Assembly: GCA_951406725.2 (NCBI GenBank)
Contig: OX597828.1
Coordinates: 34,596,001 to 34,660,000, forward strand
DNA: 64,000 bases
Origin: Octopus vulgaris
Lineage: Eukaryota
Reading direction: 5' to 3'
Under the pieces are notes generated by a model. It saw only the letters and a program-made list of their open reading frames with translations. It did not search any database and was not told where the DNA came from. Of this stretch, positions 39,585 to 53,177 are shown in pieces. Numbering within the stretch: the stretch's first letter is position 1; the number at the start of each line of letters is the position of its first letter. Position numbers and translations under genes: made by a program.

Positions 39585-40760
39585 CCTTCTTACTATAAGC
39601 ACAAGGCCTGAAGTTTTGGGGGAGGGTGCCAGTCAATTATATCGACCCCAGTACGCAACTGATACTTAATTTATCGACCCCGAAAGGATGAAAGGCAAAG
39701 TAAAAAAAAGCAGGAAAGATAATCCAGAATACTTATCCGTTACCGGATCGATCCCAAAATCTAATCATTTCGTGCCAGTCACAAGGCCAAACATCTCTGA
39801 AATTTGCATCTGAATCCATCCAGCTGTTCTTGAGATATCATGTCCACGGTCAAACAAACAAACAGATGCGACTGAAAACAATACCTCCACCTTCGCTAAG
39901 GCGGAGGTAATAATCCTTTCCACTATAGGCACACGGTCTGGATTTTGTGGGGAGGGGTATAGTCGATCACATTGATCCCAGTACTCAACTGGTACTTAAT
40001 TTATCGACCCCCGAAAGGACGAAAGGCAAAGTTGACCTCGGTGGAATTTGAACTCAGAACGTAAAGCGTCAGAAGAAATGTCGTTAAGCATTTTGTTCGA
40101 CGCGTTAACGATTACGTCTAATCCTTGTTACTTTAGAGTTCAAGGTCTGAAATTTAGGGGAGGGAGATAGACGAATACATCGATCCCCAGTACTTAACTG
40201 CTATTTATTTCGTCCCAGAAAAGATTGAAGGCAGAGTAGACCTCGACAGAAATTGAACTCAGAACGTAAAGACGGATGAAATGTCGTTGAGCATTTTGTC
40301 AGGTAGGCTCGTTCGCCGTATTTGTAACAATAGTAACAATTTTTCCTCATCGTCAAAGGCCTAAAATATTTGTGGGGAGGCGGCTAGAAGAATACATCGA
40401 CCCCAGAACTCAACTGGTACTTAGTATATCGACTCCGAAAGAATTGCAAGACAAAATCAATATCGGTAGAATAAATAATAATCTTTGCTACTTTTGGCGC
40501 AGAGCCTGAAATTTTGTGGGGAGGCGGCTAGAAGATTACATCAACCCCAGAACTCAACTGGTACTTAGTATATCGACTCCGAAAGAATTGCAAGGCAAAA
40601 TCAATATCGGCAGAATAAATAATAATCTTTTCTACCATTGGCGCAGGGCCTGAAATTTTGTGGTGAGGGGCCTGGTTAACTATATCGACCCCCAACTGGT
40701 ATTTATTTCATCGACCCCGAAAGGATGAAAGACAAAATCGGCGGAATTTGAACGTAGAAC
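39585..40760 (-). mobile_element. Head-to-tail array of family B SINE copies and fragments, including a ~140-bp tandem duplication
   Basis: Repeated AATAAT.CTTT..ACT..AGGC...GGCCTGAAATTTTG.GGGGAGG tails; 40340-40480 is nearly identical to 40480-40620. Confidence 0.8.
39711..39910 (+). mobile_element. Non-autonomous Helitron/Helentron-like element end
   Basis: CCAAAATCTAATCA, an (AAAC)n microsatellite, and a terminal hairpin TACCTCC-A-CCTT cgct AAGG-C-GGAGGTA at 39882-39909. Confidence 0.6.
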
Positions 40761-41117
40761 AAAAAGACGGACGAAATTCCGATCGACGATTAGTTCGACT
40801 AAAATTCCTCAAAGTGGTGCTCCAGCATGGCTGCATTCTTATGAATGAAACAAGTAAAACAGTAAAAACAAAACAAAACAATGGTAATTGTTTCAAAATT
40901 TGTCACGAGGCCAGCAATTTTAGGCAAGGTACGGTTGGTGAAGTAGTTGATTCATCAACGCTAGTGATTGACTGTTACTTTATTTTCTGTTAGTTTACTC
41001 TTGGGTTGACTCATTAAAAAACAACGACGAGGTACTATACAGAGAGTAGGAAGACAAGACTTATGTAACATTTCTACTTTATCGATAACATAAAATTATT
41101 CAAATTACGATTTCAAA

Positions 41118-41656
41118 GCAGTTCTAGTGATGTAAACATTATCGATTGCACATACACGGTTTATGCGATTTGTGTATTCGCTGCTGGATATCAGTTGGGG
41201 AAGCTCCCTAATAACGCTGGGTATTAAAACATGTGAAAGTCATAGATCAGGTGAGACAACTCGCTTCGGATCAAACCTAAGTGTGTTGGATATCGATATT
41301 TCTCGCCATTATTGTCGCATTTGGCTCGAACCGAAGCCGAATTGAATCCCCAGTCTATGACTGTATACAAGTAGTGTGAAAACTATTTGATGATATGCCA
41401 CGGCGATGCGTCATCGGTTCGATACCAGTGCTTGGTGTCGATAACCCACAATAATGGTGAAATACCGATTTCTACTACCCTTGGGGACGATCCGAGGCGA
41501 GTTGTCTCGCCTGGCCTATGACTTCAGAGGTGTTTTAACACCCAGCGTTATTAGGAAGTCTCCCTAAGTGCTATCCCGCAGTAAATTCGGCGGATAAACA
41601 AAATGCATATATTGTGTGTGTGCGATCGATAATAAAACTATTTGCTGGGCGATTGC
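41118..41656 (+). ncRNA. Putative long rod-like hairpin RNA or old fold-back element
   Basis: Arms at about 41138-41315 and 41448-41633 are complementary, with many G-U pairs and a structured apex. Confidence 0.5.
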
Positions 41657-44006
41657 CAAAGAGAAATTAATATTTTAACAGTCATAAAAAAAGATGGTTT
41701 AAAACTCATCTCTGTAGAACAAATATAATTAACACATTTACAAAAGCCAGTTATAATATGTGATTCTGTAGTATTGGAGTGAAGCGTAGTAACTAGTTTA
41801 TTGACAGTACTACTAGAAAACGTCACTCTTAGCATCATTAATTCTATGTTAATTAAATTACAAGTGAATTCAGACACCCAGCAACAGAACATACCAAGAA
41901 AAGATGGTGGTTATTGCGTGTCAGAGGAATAGTTTCAGACGACAGTTACCTACGCTGCCCGTTGTCTTTCCAGTACATCAAGAGCAGCTGCTATGTAACA
42001 TATTGATTATAATGGTACATAGTTAGAAAATCGATGACTAGTGCACCAGCGATAGTCTCTGAAAGAACTAGATATTGAACTTCTAAAATCTAAGCTTAAC
42101 GCAAAAACAATAAGATGGTGACAAATAACATGGCGATACCGCACAACTATAAACTCCTACCTTAGCCTGTTAGCTGCTATGTTGCCAACAAACCGCACAT
42201 TTTGCCTGGAATATTGGCAAGATTCAAAGTGGCGAGCGAAAAAAATCGTTAACCCGCCAGAGAAAATGCTTAGCGGTATTTTCTCCGTTTTTGCTTCTGA
42301 GTTCAAATTCCACCGTGGTCGGCTCTGCCTTTCATTCTTACGGAGCCGATAAAATAAGTACCAGTTGGACACTGGGATCGATATCTCCCAAAATTCCTGG
42401 CCTTCTGCAAAATGAAACCAGACTCCGAAAGGATGAAAGGCAAAGTCGACTTCGGCGGAATTTGAACTCAGGACGTAAAGACAGACGAAATACTGCTAAC
42501 ATTTTGCCCGGAGTGTTAACGATTCTGCCAGCTCACCGCCTTAATTTGGAACCAATATTGACAAGATGCAGAAGCGGTGATCTGGATGGATCGTTACGGC
42601 ACCGGACAAACCGATTAACGGCAATTTTGCCTACTTTATGTTTTGCGTTCAAATACCGACGAGATAAATTTTTATTTTACATCCTTTCCGGGTCGATAAA
42701 ATAAGTACAAGGTAAGCACTGGAGTCGACGTAATCGAATTCCTGTTGTATATATATATATATATATATACATACGTGTGTGTCTTTTTTATGTTTGCGTT
42801 TGTTCGTCACTACCATTTAACAACCGGTGTTGGTCTGCTTAGATCCCGGTAAATTAGCGGTTTCGGCATCAAGAGGCTGATGAAATAAATTACAGACTTA
42901 AAAATAAGTACTGAAGTCGATTTGTTAGACCAAACATGCTTCATCATGGTCGCAATCCAGTGACTGAAACGATCAGTATCTAAATGGAGCTAAGAAGCAA
43001 CAACGAAGAACAACAATAACAGAAATAACTAGAAACAGCTTTTACAAAGTTTCGCTGAAATTGCCCTTCATTGAAATATAAATATTACTCGGGTTTGCAT
43101 GATGGAATCCAACCTTACGAAGCAGAAAAATAGGACAAGTGTATTCGCCATTAAGAAAGAATCTATCACAACTGAACTCATTCAGAACGATATCCAAATC
43201 TCCGACGATATATCTTTATTCTTTTATCTTGTATTTGCTTCAGACATTGGTTTACGGCCATCATGGAGCACTGTCTTGAAGGGTTTTAGCCGAGCAAATC
43301 GACTGCTATTAATTTTATCAGAGTCTTTTGCCGAACTCCTAGGTAACGGGGATGTAAACAAACCAACACCTGTTGTTAATCGGTGATGGGGAATAAGCAC
43401 AAAAAACACGCACGCACACACACACACGCGCGCGCGCGCGCGCACGCACATATACGGCAGACTTCCATGTAGTTTCCGTCTCCCAAACTCAGTTATAAGG
43501 CATTGGTCGGTCGGAGCTATAATACGAGACTGTTGCCCAAAGTGCCACTCAGTGGAACTGAACTCGAAACCACGTCGTTTCTTAAAGCGAGTTTCATAAC
43601 CGTTCACCCATTCCTGCGACGAATGTCACCAGTATAGTGTATTTTCTTCGACAAAACTCCACATTGCATAAAGCTGTCAGACACTAACCGCTCGGAATAC
43701 GTTAGGCTTTCCTATCTAAATATTTTATATATGTTACTTATATGAACATCAATCTAACTTGGAAAATTCCAATGCGAAAATACTGTTGAGATTTTGCATA
43801 GAGAAACACGATAAGTTAGCACACAGTGAGCTAAACAAGAGTTACCATGGCAAGCATTACAATAGTATGTTAATATTCGATACTGTAATATCGGAGACCT
43901 CTAATATTGTGCAGATGCGACTGAGAAATTACGCAGTTAATTAGATTTATGGGAGATATGGAATGTGTACATTATCAATTTAATTTATAATTGGTAAGAC
44001 TTATGT

Positions 44007-44315
44007 GGAGGCGCAATGGCCCAGTAGTTAGAGCAGCGGACTCGCGGTCGGAGGGTTGCAGTTTCGATTCCCAGACCGGGCGTTGTGTGTGCTCATTGAG
44101 CGAAAACACGTAAAGCTCCACGAGGCTCCGGCAGGTGGTAGTGGTGACCCCTGTTGTACTCTTTCACCCCAACTTTCTCTCACTCTTTCTTCCCGTTTCT
44201 TGAGTAACGCTGCGATGGACTGGCGTCCCGTCCAGCTGGTGGGGGGAACTCATACGCCATAGAAACCGGGAAACCGGGTCCATGAGCGTGGCTAGGCTTG
44301 AAAAGGGCACATAAA
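44007..44315 (+). mobile_element. SINE family C variant
   Basis: tRNA-like head and CTGCGATGGACTGGCGTCCCGTCCAG V-like domain. Confidence 0.8.
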
Positions 44316-44929
44316 AAGACTTATAAATACACACATTGTCTAAAAAGAAAAGAGGGATTCTGTGGGGTCTGTATATATGTTGTTATTGGATTTATATACG
44401 GCGTTTGTTGATGTTGAACCCTTTTAGCTCTAGTTTTCAGTTACTTGTTTCTGTCATTAGACTTCGGCCATGTTGGGGCACCGCCTTGAAGAATTTTTTG
44501 TCAAATGATTAGTCCCCCCGCAACGCTAGTATTTATTTATTTTGTGAAAAAGGCACGTAATTATTCTATCGGACTCTTATGTTGAACTGCTAAGTTACGG
44601 GGACGTAAACCCACCAACAACAGTTGTCAAGGGATAGTGAAGGGTGTACACCCACCCACACATTTATGTATATACATACGACGGGCTTCCTTCAGTTTCT
44701 GTCTACCAAAGCCACTCACATAGCTTTAGTCGGCTCGAGATTTTAGTAGAAGAGACGTGCTCAAGGTACCACGCATTGGGACTGAACCCAGAACCATGTG
44801 GTTGGGAAGCAAGCTTCTTACAAAAAACGGCCACGCCTGTTTGTGCAGGTTTTTAAAAAATATATCAAATCGTTTTTTTTTTTGCTTTTTTTTTTGGAAA
44901 GTAAGAAAGGTAACTCATATAATAATTCT

Positions 44930-45890
44930 TTTCTATTTGGGGCCAGAGTTTGAAATTTCGATGGAAGGGGACAGTCGACGACATCTCCACACCTCGTACT
45001 TCATTTGTATTGAATTTTATCGATATCAAAGGATGAAATGCAAAGTTGACCACGGTGGTATTTGAACTCAGAGTTTACGAACCAGAAGAAATTCCTGTAA
45101 GCATTTTCGCCCGAATTGCTAACGATTCCGCCTGCTCGCCCTCTTCGCAATCCTTATAGCGATAGCAATAATCCTTTCTGTTAAAAGCACAAGGCCTGAA
45201 ATTTTGAGGGAGGAGACTAGGCGATAACATTGACCCCAGTGCTATACGAGTAATTGTTTCATATACCCCGGAAGGCAAAGTCGCTCTCACCGGAATTTGA
45301 ACCCGGAATGTAAAGATGGACGAAACGCCGCTAAGCACTTTGTCCGACGTGCTAACTGTTCTGCCAGCTCGCCGCCTTAATAATTAATAAAAATGATTTC
45401 AAAGTTTGGCACAAGGCCATCACGTTCAGGCGGGGGCGGGTGAGGTGAAGTCGATTACATCAACCCCAGTATTTCACTGGTACTTAATTTATCGATCTTG
45501 AAAGGATGAAAAGAAAAGTCAACCTCCGCGGAATTGAATTTGAACTCAAAACGTAAAGATGGGTGAACAGCCGCTAAGAATTTGTCTGACGTGCTAACGA
45601 CTCTGCCATCTCACCGCCTTATTAATACTACTACTACTAATAATAATCCTTTCTACTACAGGCACAAAACTTAAAATGGTAGGGTTGTGAGTGGGGGGGG
45701 CTAGTCGATTGCCTCGGCCCCAGTGTTTCATTGGTACTTATTTTATCAACCCGGAAGAGCTGAAAGACAAAGGTCGACTTAGCCTTTCCTCCTTTCAGGG
45801 GCTCGACAAAATTAGCACCATTTGAACACTGGAGTCGAGACAATCGACTTAGCCCCTCCCTTCAAAGTGGCTGACTCTGTGTTGAAATGA
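44930..45890 (-). mobile_element. Family B SINE array ending in an inverted pair
   Basis: Three or four minus-strand copies, with an orientation switch at GTCGAC 45773-45778. Confidence 0.75.
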
Positions 45891-47232
45891 AAGAATAAAA
45901 GTAACAATAGAGACTGATTTACATATGCAACATAAGTATGTAGTAGTAGTAGTAGTAGTAGTAGCAGCAGCAGCAGAACGATCGACAGCACATGCTGTGC
46001 ATATCTTATTTGACAATAAATAGAAAAACCTAAAAAACAAATGATGGTGGTAGTGGTGGCAATGATGGTGGCCATGGTGACGGCGGCGGTGGTGACGGTT
46101 GTGGTTGTGGTTGTGGGTGGTGGTGGTGCTGGTAAAATAGCAGGTGATCTTGTATAGTCGTTAATTGCTGGATTTTTCTTTTACACTTTACGAATAACGA
46201 GTCCTGAATTTCATATCAACTATAAAACCTTAACCGTCTTAAAAACATCTGAGCTGAGGCTGGCATTTGTTTTATGCGGCAGTGGTCATAGTGAGGGCTG
46301 TTGCTGCTAGTGTTGTTAGTGGTGGTGGTGGTGATGGTGGTGGTGATGGTGGTGGTGATGGTGGTGGTGGTGGTGATGGTTATATTGCTGGAGATGATAG
46401 TTTTGACTGCTGTGGTAGTGGTTTTGATCGAGGAGTTGGTGGTGGTGACGATGACGGCGGCGGTAGTGGTGACACTTAAATATTGTCGACAGCCGTATCG
46501 TGGTGCTGGTAGTAGTTGCAGCGGCATAGTTGTGTTGCTGTTGTCGTAGGTGGAGGTGATGGTAGCTGTTTTGATGAGGCAACGATGTTGCTGATAGTAG
46601 ATGTTGCTGATGTTATGAATGAATGATGGTAGAACATAAATGATGGTAGAACATAAATGAAGCATGGGTAACCTTTTTCGAGAAGCGGGCCGCATGAGAC
46701 ATGGTTCATCATCAGGTGGGCCGCACGACTAAAAATATACAAGGTAATTTTCTCGTTAGGCGTGCCATTCAGAATGTCCTACGGCACACTTTAGATTTTG
46801 GTGGGAGTACCAATTTTTACGTACTGAGTTCAAACTCCGCTTTTGGTGTCGAAGAAATGAATACCAGTTGAACACTGGGGGTGAGGTGATCGATTTTCTC
46901 CTGCCCCGCCCCAAAATTTCAGGCTTTGTACCTATAGTAGAAATAATTGTTAGGAGTGGTGGTAGTGGTGGTGGTGATGTTAGTGATGGGTGTATTGCGG
47001 TAGTTGTATTGTATAACGTTGGTAGAGACAGGTGGTGATGATGGTGGTGGTGGTGGTGGTAGTGGTGGTAGTAGTAGTGGTGGTCGTGGTGATGGTGCTG
47101 ATGATAATGATGATGATGGTGGTGATAGTGATGGTGGTGATGGTGATGATGATGATGATGATGGTAGTGTTATTGGTGGTGGTGGTGGTACGATAGCAGC
47201 AACAGCAGCAGTAGCAACAGCAGCAGTAGCAA

Positions 47233-47295
<63 letters not shown>

Positions 47296-47640
47296 TTGAG
47301 GTAGTGGTGGTAGTACAGTTTTGATTGGTAAAGTTGATAGTGGGTGTATTTGGGGAGAAGAGTAACGGGGGTGGGTGGTTATAGTAGATGTTGTAATAAC
47401 AGTAATACTATGTTGTATTATATGTTGTAGTAGCTGTAATATTATGGGAATGGCGGGGATTTGGCATGTAAAATAAATACAGAACAATAATCCTCCGATT
47501 TCGATTTCAAACTGATTGACTAGAAAGGATTAACCCCTTAATCCTTGTGCAAAATATTTGCACTTAAAGAATGAAACTGACAGCAGGAAGATATGAAGAA
47601 GGAAACGAATAAGAAACCAGCGAGGAAGAGAAGGAAGTGA

Positions 47641-47701
<61 letters not shown>

Positions 47702-47801
47702 CTCTCTCTATATATATATATATCTGTCTGTCTATCTATCTATCTATCTATCTGTCTATCCATTTATCTATCTATCTATCTATCTATTTATCTATGTTTA
47801 A

Positions 47802-47853
<52 letters not shown>

Positions 47854-47876
47854 TTATCTATCTATCAATGTTTCAG

Positions 47877-47923
<47 letters not shown>

Positions 47924-47946
47924 TTATCTATCTATCAATGTTTCAG

Positions 47947-48003
<57 letters not shown>

Positions 48004-48369
48004 GTATCTCTGTCTATCTATCTGTCTATATGTCTCTCTGTATGTATGTATGTCTATCTATCTATCCATCCGTCTATCTATCTCTACACCCGTCTATTTA
48101 TATCTATCTGTCTGCCTGTGTGACTGCCTATCTATCTACCTACATACATATACATGCATACACACACATACACATACACACACACACACACGCGTGTGTC
48201 ATGATGATATACGTGTAGAATATGCAGTGCATAAGAGCTTGGGGAAAAACTAAAAGCACTTGATGAACGTCATCTATGTTCGATTAAGCTTCTGTTCATA
48301 GATATAGGTACGATAAAGGGTGTGTGTGTATGTGTGTGTATGCACGTGCATGTATATGTATGTATGTAT

Positions 48370-48433
<64 letters not shown>

Positions 48434-48676
48434 ATATATATGCGTGTGGGTACGTACATGCCCATACATGTGTGTATATGTGTATACGTGTGTGTGTATG
48501 TGCGTGCATGTGTGTATATGTGTATATACATGTGGGTATATGTGCGTCCATCTGTGCATATGTATATATGCTGCTTCGGTGGCTCAGTAGACATGGGTGC
48601 TGAAAAGTAGTGATACAACACATAGGTGGTAGTTTCAAGTCTCTTCTAGGAATTACAAGAGATCTTGTTAAAATTT

Positions 48677-48728
<52 letters not shown>

Positions 48729-48749
48729 TGTGTGTGAGGTGGTGGGGTT

Positions 48750-48900
48750 CAAAATTGTACAAAAAACTGAAAACAAGACAGTTACAGGTGAAGGAACAAC
48801 AGAGAAGAAGCATTAGTATGCCGTTCAGGAAAGTAAAGAAACTGTTAGAGTCATCGACGTTTCGAACCTATGCTCTTCCACAGAAAGGAATGAGGAGACT
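48750..48900 (-). mobile_element. Solo pLTR-like remnant with hammerhead-like motif at 48851-48888
   Basis: Minus strand reads CTTT-CTGTGGA-A-GAGC atag GTTC-GAAA-C-GTC. Flanking CAGGTG and ATTAGTATG...TCAGGAAA match 327-480. Confidence 0.72.
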
Positions 48901-49284
48901 AACATAACGTGAATCAGATGGACTTCAATTATTTTAGATATTAGAAAGCCTTGCTGTGATATAAGATGACGAAAACGTAAACACATTCCTTTATACTTTA
49001 TGCTCTCACAAAAATCATTAGTAGTTCGTATATTCGTTCTGACCAATAATTTTGTATCGCAGAAAGTCTTTTACACACACACAAACACGCGCACACAAAC
49101 ACACACACACACACACACATACACACACACACACATATTGTTTTATACTTGTAGAGTATGGAAGATTTATGAACTTTTAAAAAAGCTTAATATCTAAAGG
49201 GAATACCATCTGCATTCGATTGGCTTGTGTTGTGTAGGTAAACATTGTTAAGCTACACACATATACGAATGAATCTATCTATCC

Positions 49285-49397
<113 letters not shown>

Positions 49398-50595
49398 CCT
49401 GTTTGTTTATCTGTCCTTCTCTCTTTCTCTCTTCGTATATATATATATATAATATATATATATATGTTTGTGTGTGCGCACGCTCGCGTCTGTGTATATG
49501 TATGTGTGCGCGTGTGTGTGGTGAATGCACCATCTTCACAAATGATTGCCGATTTCTTGTACTCCTTTTTGCTATCAATACTATTTCAGACATTCCATCC
49601 ATGACCACTCAGTTGACTAGTCAGCCCCGTTGCACATCTGCATGTTTTGAAATATGCGTGACAAAGGAAAGTTGGTACTTACTGGGCACTCCGAACTGGT
49701 TTTGTCTGCATATGTTGTTCTCTTCTATCGCCATAAGACTTTCAGTATATGACTTGATAAATGAAGTCACCATCAAGAGATATTTGTATCTCATTGGATT
49801 ATAGGGATGAAAGTTTGTACGACACGAGTACCAATCTCTGAGTTTCCGTGATAAGTACCTAGTGACAGGCTGAAACGAGATGACCAGTAATCACGCGAAA
49901 GTGAAGGGTTTACGGAAGAGTGTCCCTTTCTTAAAAGGATGTCGTGACAGCAGCTAGGGTTCAATCACTTCTGGTCGAAACCAACCAAGGGGATTCCTGC
50001 GTCACCGCACTCAACTGGATTACCATCACCTATGCTAGTTGCTACCACAATAGTTGGGACACTGACAGGTGCTACAACTCAGGGTCAGGATAGTGACTAA
50101 GAAGTGGCCCCCACGCTCTCCAAAACCCTGGAACTCCTGGACCAGAGCCGCACTAACGATTGCAATTTAAATCATACTCAGGACATAAATATATCGTTAC
50201 ATTTTTAGTTCGTTATGCCATGTAGGAAGTGCCCGATGATTGTGCTAGGATACCAAACGTGTTAAAAAAAACACAGTCTGGCATGCTCTCGGTACATGAA
50301 ACTAATAGTAGCATATAAAAACAGATATTGTGTTTATTAAATAATATTTCTTTCTCACCAGATGCAGTGCTTTTTTTGTTGATCTAACCATAGTACGTTA
50401 TATATATATATAGGCGCAGGCGTGACTGTGTGGTAAGAAGCTTGCTTCCCAACGACACGGTCCCGAATTCAGTCTCAGTGCGCTGCACTTTGAGCAAGTG
50501 TCTTCTATTATAGCCTCGGGCCGAATAAAGCCTTGTGAGTGGATTTGGTAGACGGAAACTGAAAGAAGCTCGACGTATATGTGTGTGCGTGTATG

Positions 50596-50646
<51 letters not shown>

Positions 50647-51011
50647 TCACCGTTTGGTTTTACTGTTTTGTTCTTACTGTCCCCAAAAGTCCCAAATTTT
50701 ATTTAATATGCTTTGCGGGAAGGACTGTTTTAACGAACTCGCATCTTCCCTACTTTCGAAACGCAGAGTAGATAAAACAAGGGACAACTAGTGAAGAGAA
50801 TGTTCTTTATGTTGCCTGTCTTGTTTCTCTATTTGTTTCTTTCGTTTTTCGAAAAAAAAGTTCGTTTTCTATGCTTTTTTATATTCTCATTTCTCTTTTT
50901 GCTCACGTTTCTTTTTATGTCCTGTACCCATATATGCATGTATATCTATTCATATATATGTAGGTATCTACATATATGTATGTTTATATTCATATATTTA
51001 CATATTATTTA

Positions 51012-51075
<64 letters not shown>

Positions 51076-51559
51076 CATACATACATACATATATACATAT
51101 ATGCGCGCGCGTGTGTATACATATACGTACGTGTGTATATGTGTGTTCTTAACTGAAACTTGACCACTGTGTCCAGCTCTCAGTATGCCCTCAGTATTTT
51201 AATCTAAACTTATTTTTACAAATCACATAAAATACATCTATCCGATTATGTTAATTAATTACAGCGAATTAAAATATTACATATGATTAATTAATTATAT
51301 TTGTTAGTTTTGGGGTTTTTTTTTTAATCTGTTGATGCTCGCTGGTAAACATTTTACATGTGTTTTATCAGCCCTGGCAACATAGCGTCGTTCATTTTAT
51401 TTGGTTGGTGGCCAATCGAAAATAATGATATTTTTCAAGCCAGTTTAGAGACTGACAGCTACGATGGCGTCAATCGAAGTTAAGAAAGCATTTGTTAGCT
51501 GTCAGTTGAGTTATTTAGCTGAAAACACCGCTTTGCGAAGCTGCACAATGACAACGAAA

Positions 51560-51700
51560 ACAGAGGAGACAGACCTACACAATTAGTTACAAGCTGAAGG
51601 TTGTTGAGTTTGTTAAACAACATAGTAACCAGGCATCTGGGTGAGAGTATGGACTACCGTTAACATTGAAATAATTATTCGTGAAGGGAGAAAATAAGAG
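51560..51700 (+). mobile_element. pogo-like transposase N-terminal (Brinker-type DNA-binding) remnant
   Basis: YTISYKLKVVEFVKQHSNQASG*EYGLP resembles Y...FKLKVV..A...GNRAA.R.F. Confidence 0.5.
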
Positions 51701-52367
51701 GAGAAAGGGAGGAGGAGAGGAAGAGGAGGAGGAGATGAAGAAGAGGAGGAGATAAAGATGAGGAGGTGAGGAAGAGGAGCAGACAGTTATGAAAACGGGA
51801 GTGGAAATAATTTAAAATTTATCATAAAGCAGCTTTGACATAAAAATAGCAAAATCTACAATTACTGGAAGATGTCATAATATTATGGATATACATTCGA
51901 CAAAGAATAGTGTGTGTATATATTGTTTTAACAAAGAGGATAATGTGTAAGGCGAAGAGATTGACAGAAGAGAGAAGAATATCATCGGATGAGTTTGTTG
52001 GATTTTCATCGTGTATCATGCTACTGTTTCATGACTTGAACATGTTAGTAAAGAATTGGATTGCACAGAATATAATTGAAGAATACGTAGAAAAGGATCC
52101 AGGAGTTTCACAAATAATTGATGAACGTCATGAAAGAAAAACACTGGTGAATACGAGCAAAAAGGTGATATGAATGGTTTGTCGTTAATATTCGTCGTGC
52201 CGCCAATTATTAATAAAATAGAATAAAGATGTAAAATAAAATAAAGATGTCGAAAATAAAGATGTAAAGATGGCGACTATAAAAAAAAAACAACAAAAGG
52301 CTTTAAACAACTCCTGTATTGTTGTATTGGTTTGTTATGTAGACGACACAAAAATCCTGTTTTACTA

Positions 52368-52728
52368 TATGGCTAAGTGGTTAGAACGTCGGACTCACAA
52401 CAATGAGGTGGTGAGTTCGATTCTCGGACCGGGCTGTGTGTTGTATCCTTGAATATGACACTTTATTTCTCGTTGCTCCAGTTCATTCAGCTGTAGAAAT
52501 GAATTGTGACATCGTCACTGGTGCCAAGCTGTATCAGCCTTTGTCTTTTCCTTGGATAAAATCGGTGGCGAGGAGAAGGGAGGCTGGCATGCATGGGCGA
52601 CTGCTGGTATTCCATAAACAACCTTGCCCGGATTTGTGCCTCGGAGGGGAACTTTCTAAGTGCAATCCCATGGTCATTCATGGTTGCAACCCCATGATCA
52701 TTCATGATCGAAGGGGGTCTTTACCCTT
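52368..52728 (+). mobile_element. tRNA-derived CORE-like SINE (fourth family)
   Basis: TGGCTAAGTGG A-box, GAGTTCGATTC B-box, and a CCTTGAATATGACACTT...TTGCTCCAG core-like segment. Confidence 0.65.
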
Positions 52729-53082
52729 AAAACAAAAACAATATTTTGCTTGCAAATATCCGGGTTTTTTTTGTCAAACTATCGCATCTCCAGCTGCTTC
52801 AGATGCCTAGATATGAAAATTGTCAACGTGTAGTACAACGGTTTAGCCTTTTTCAAAAGTGTAGAAAGTCCGACATACGACAGTTTTGCAAACATATTTC
52901 TGACTGAAAATATCATACATCGTAGAGTTACGATTTTATGCACCCAAGAAAGTATTATTGTTAAGCAGAAATTGTTGCTAATGCAAAAAGAAAAGGAATG
53001 GTGAAACTATTTTTTTTATTTTCTGAAAAAGCAATGTTTTGAACTCACAAAAGTTTTGCATAACGGCAACGATATCTATCTA

Positions 53083-53174
<92 letters not shown>

Positions 53175-53177
<3 letters not shown>

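Noticed and set aside
46660-46800. hAT-like end motifs (GCGGGCCGCA; also GGTTGGGAAACGCTG at about 59030)
   Set aside because: Matching opposite termini and TSDs could not be established.
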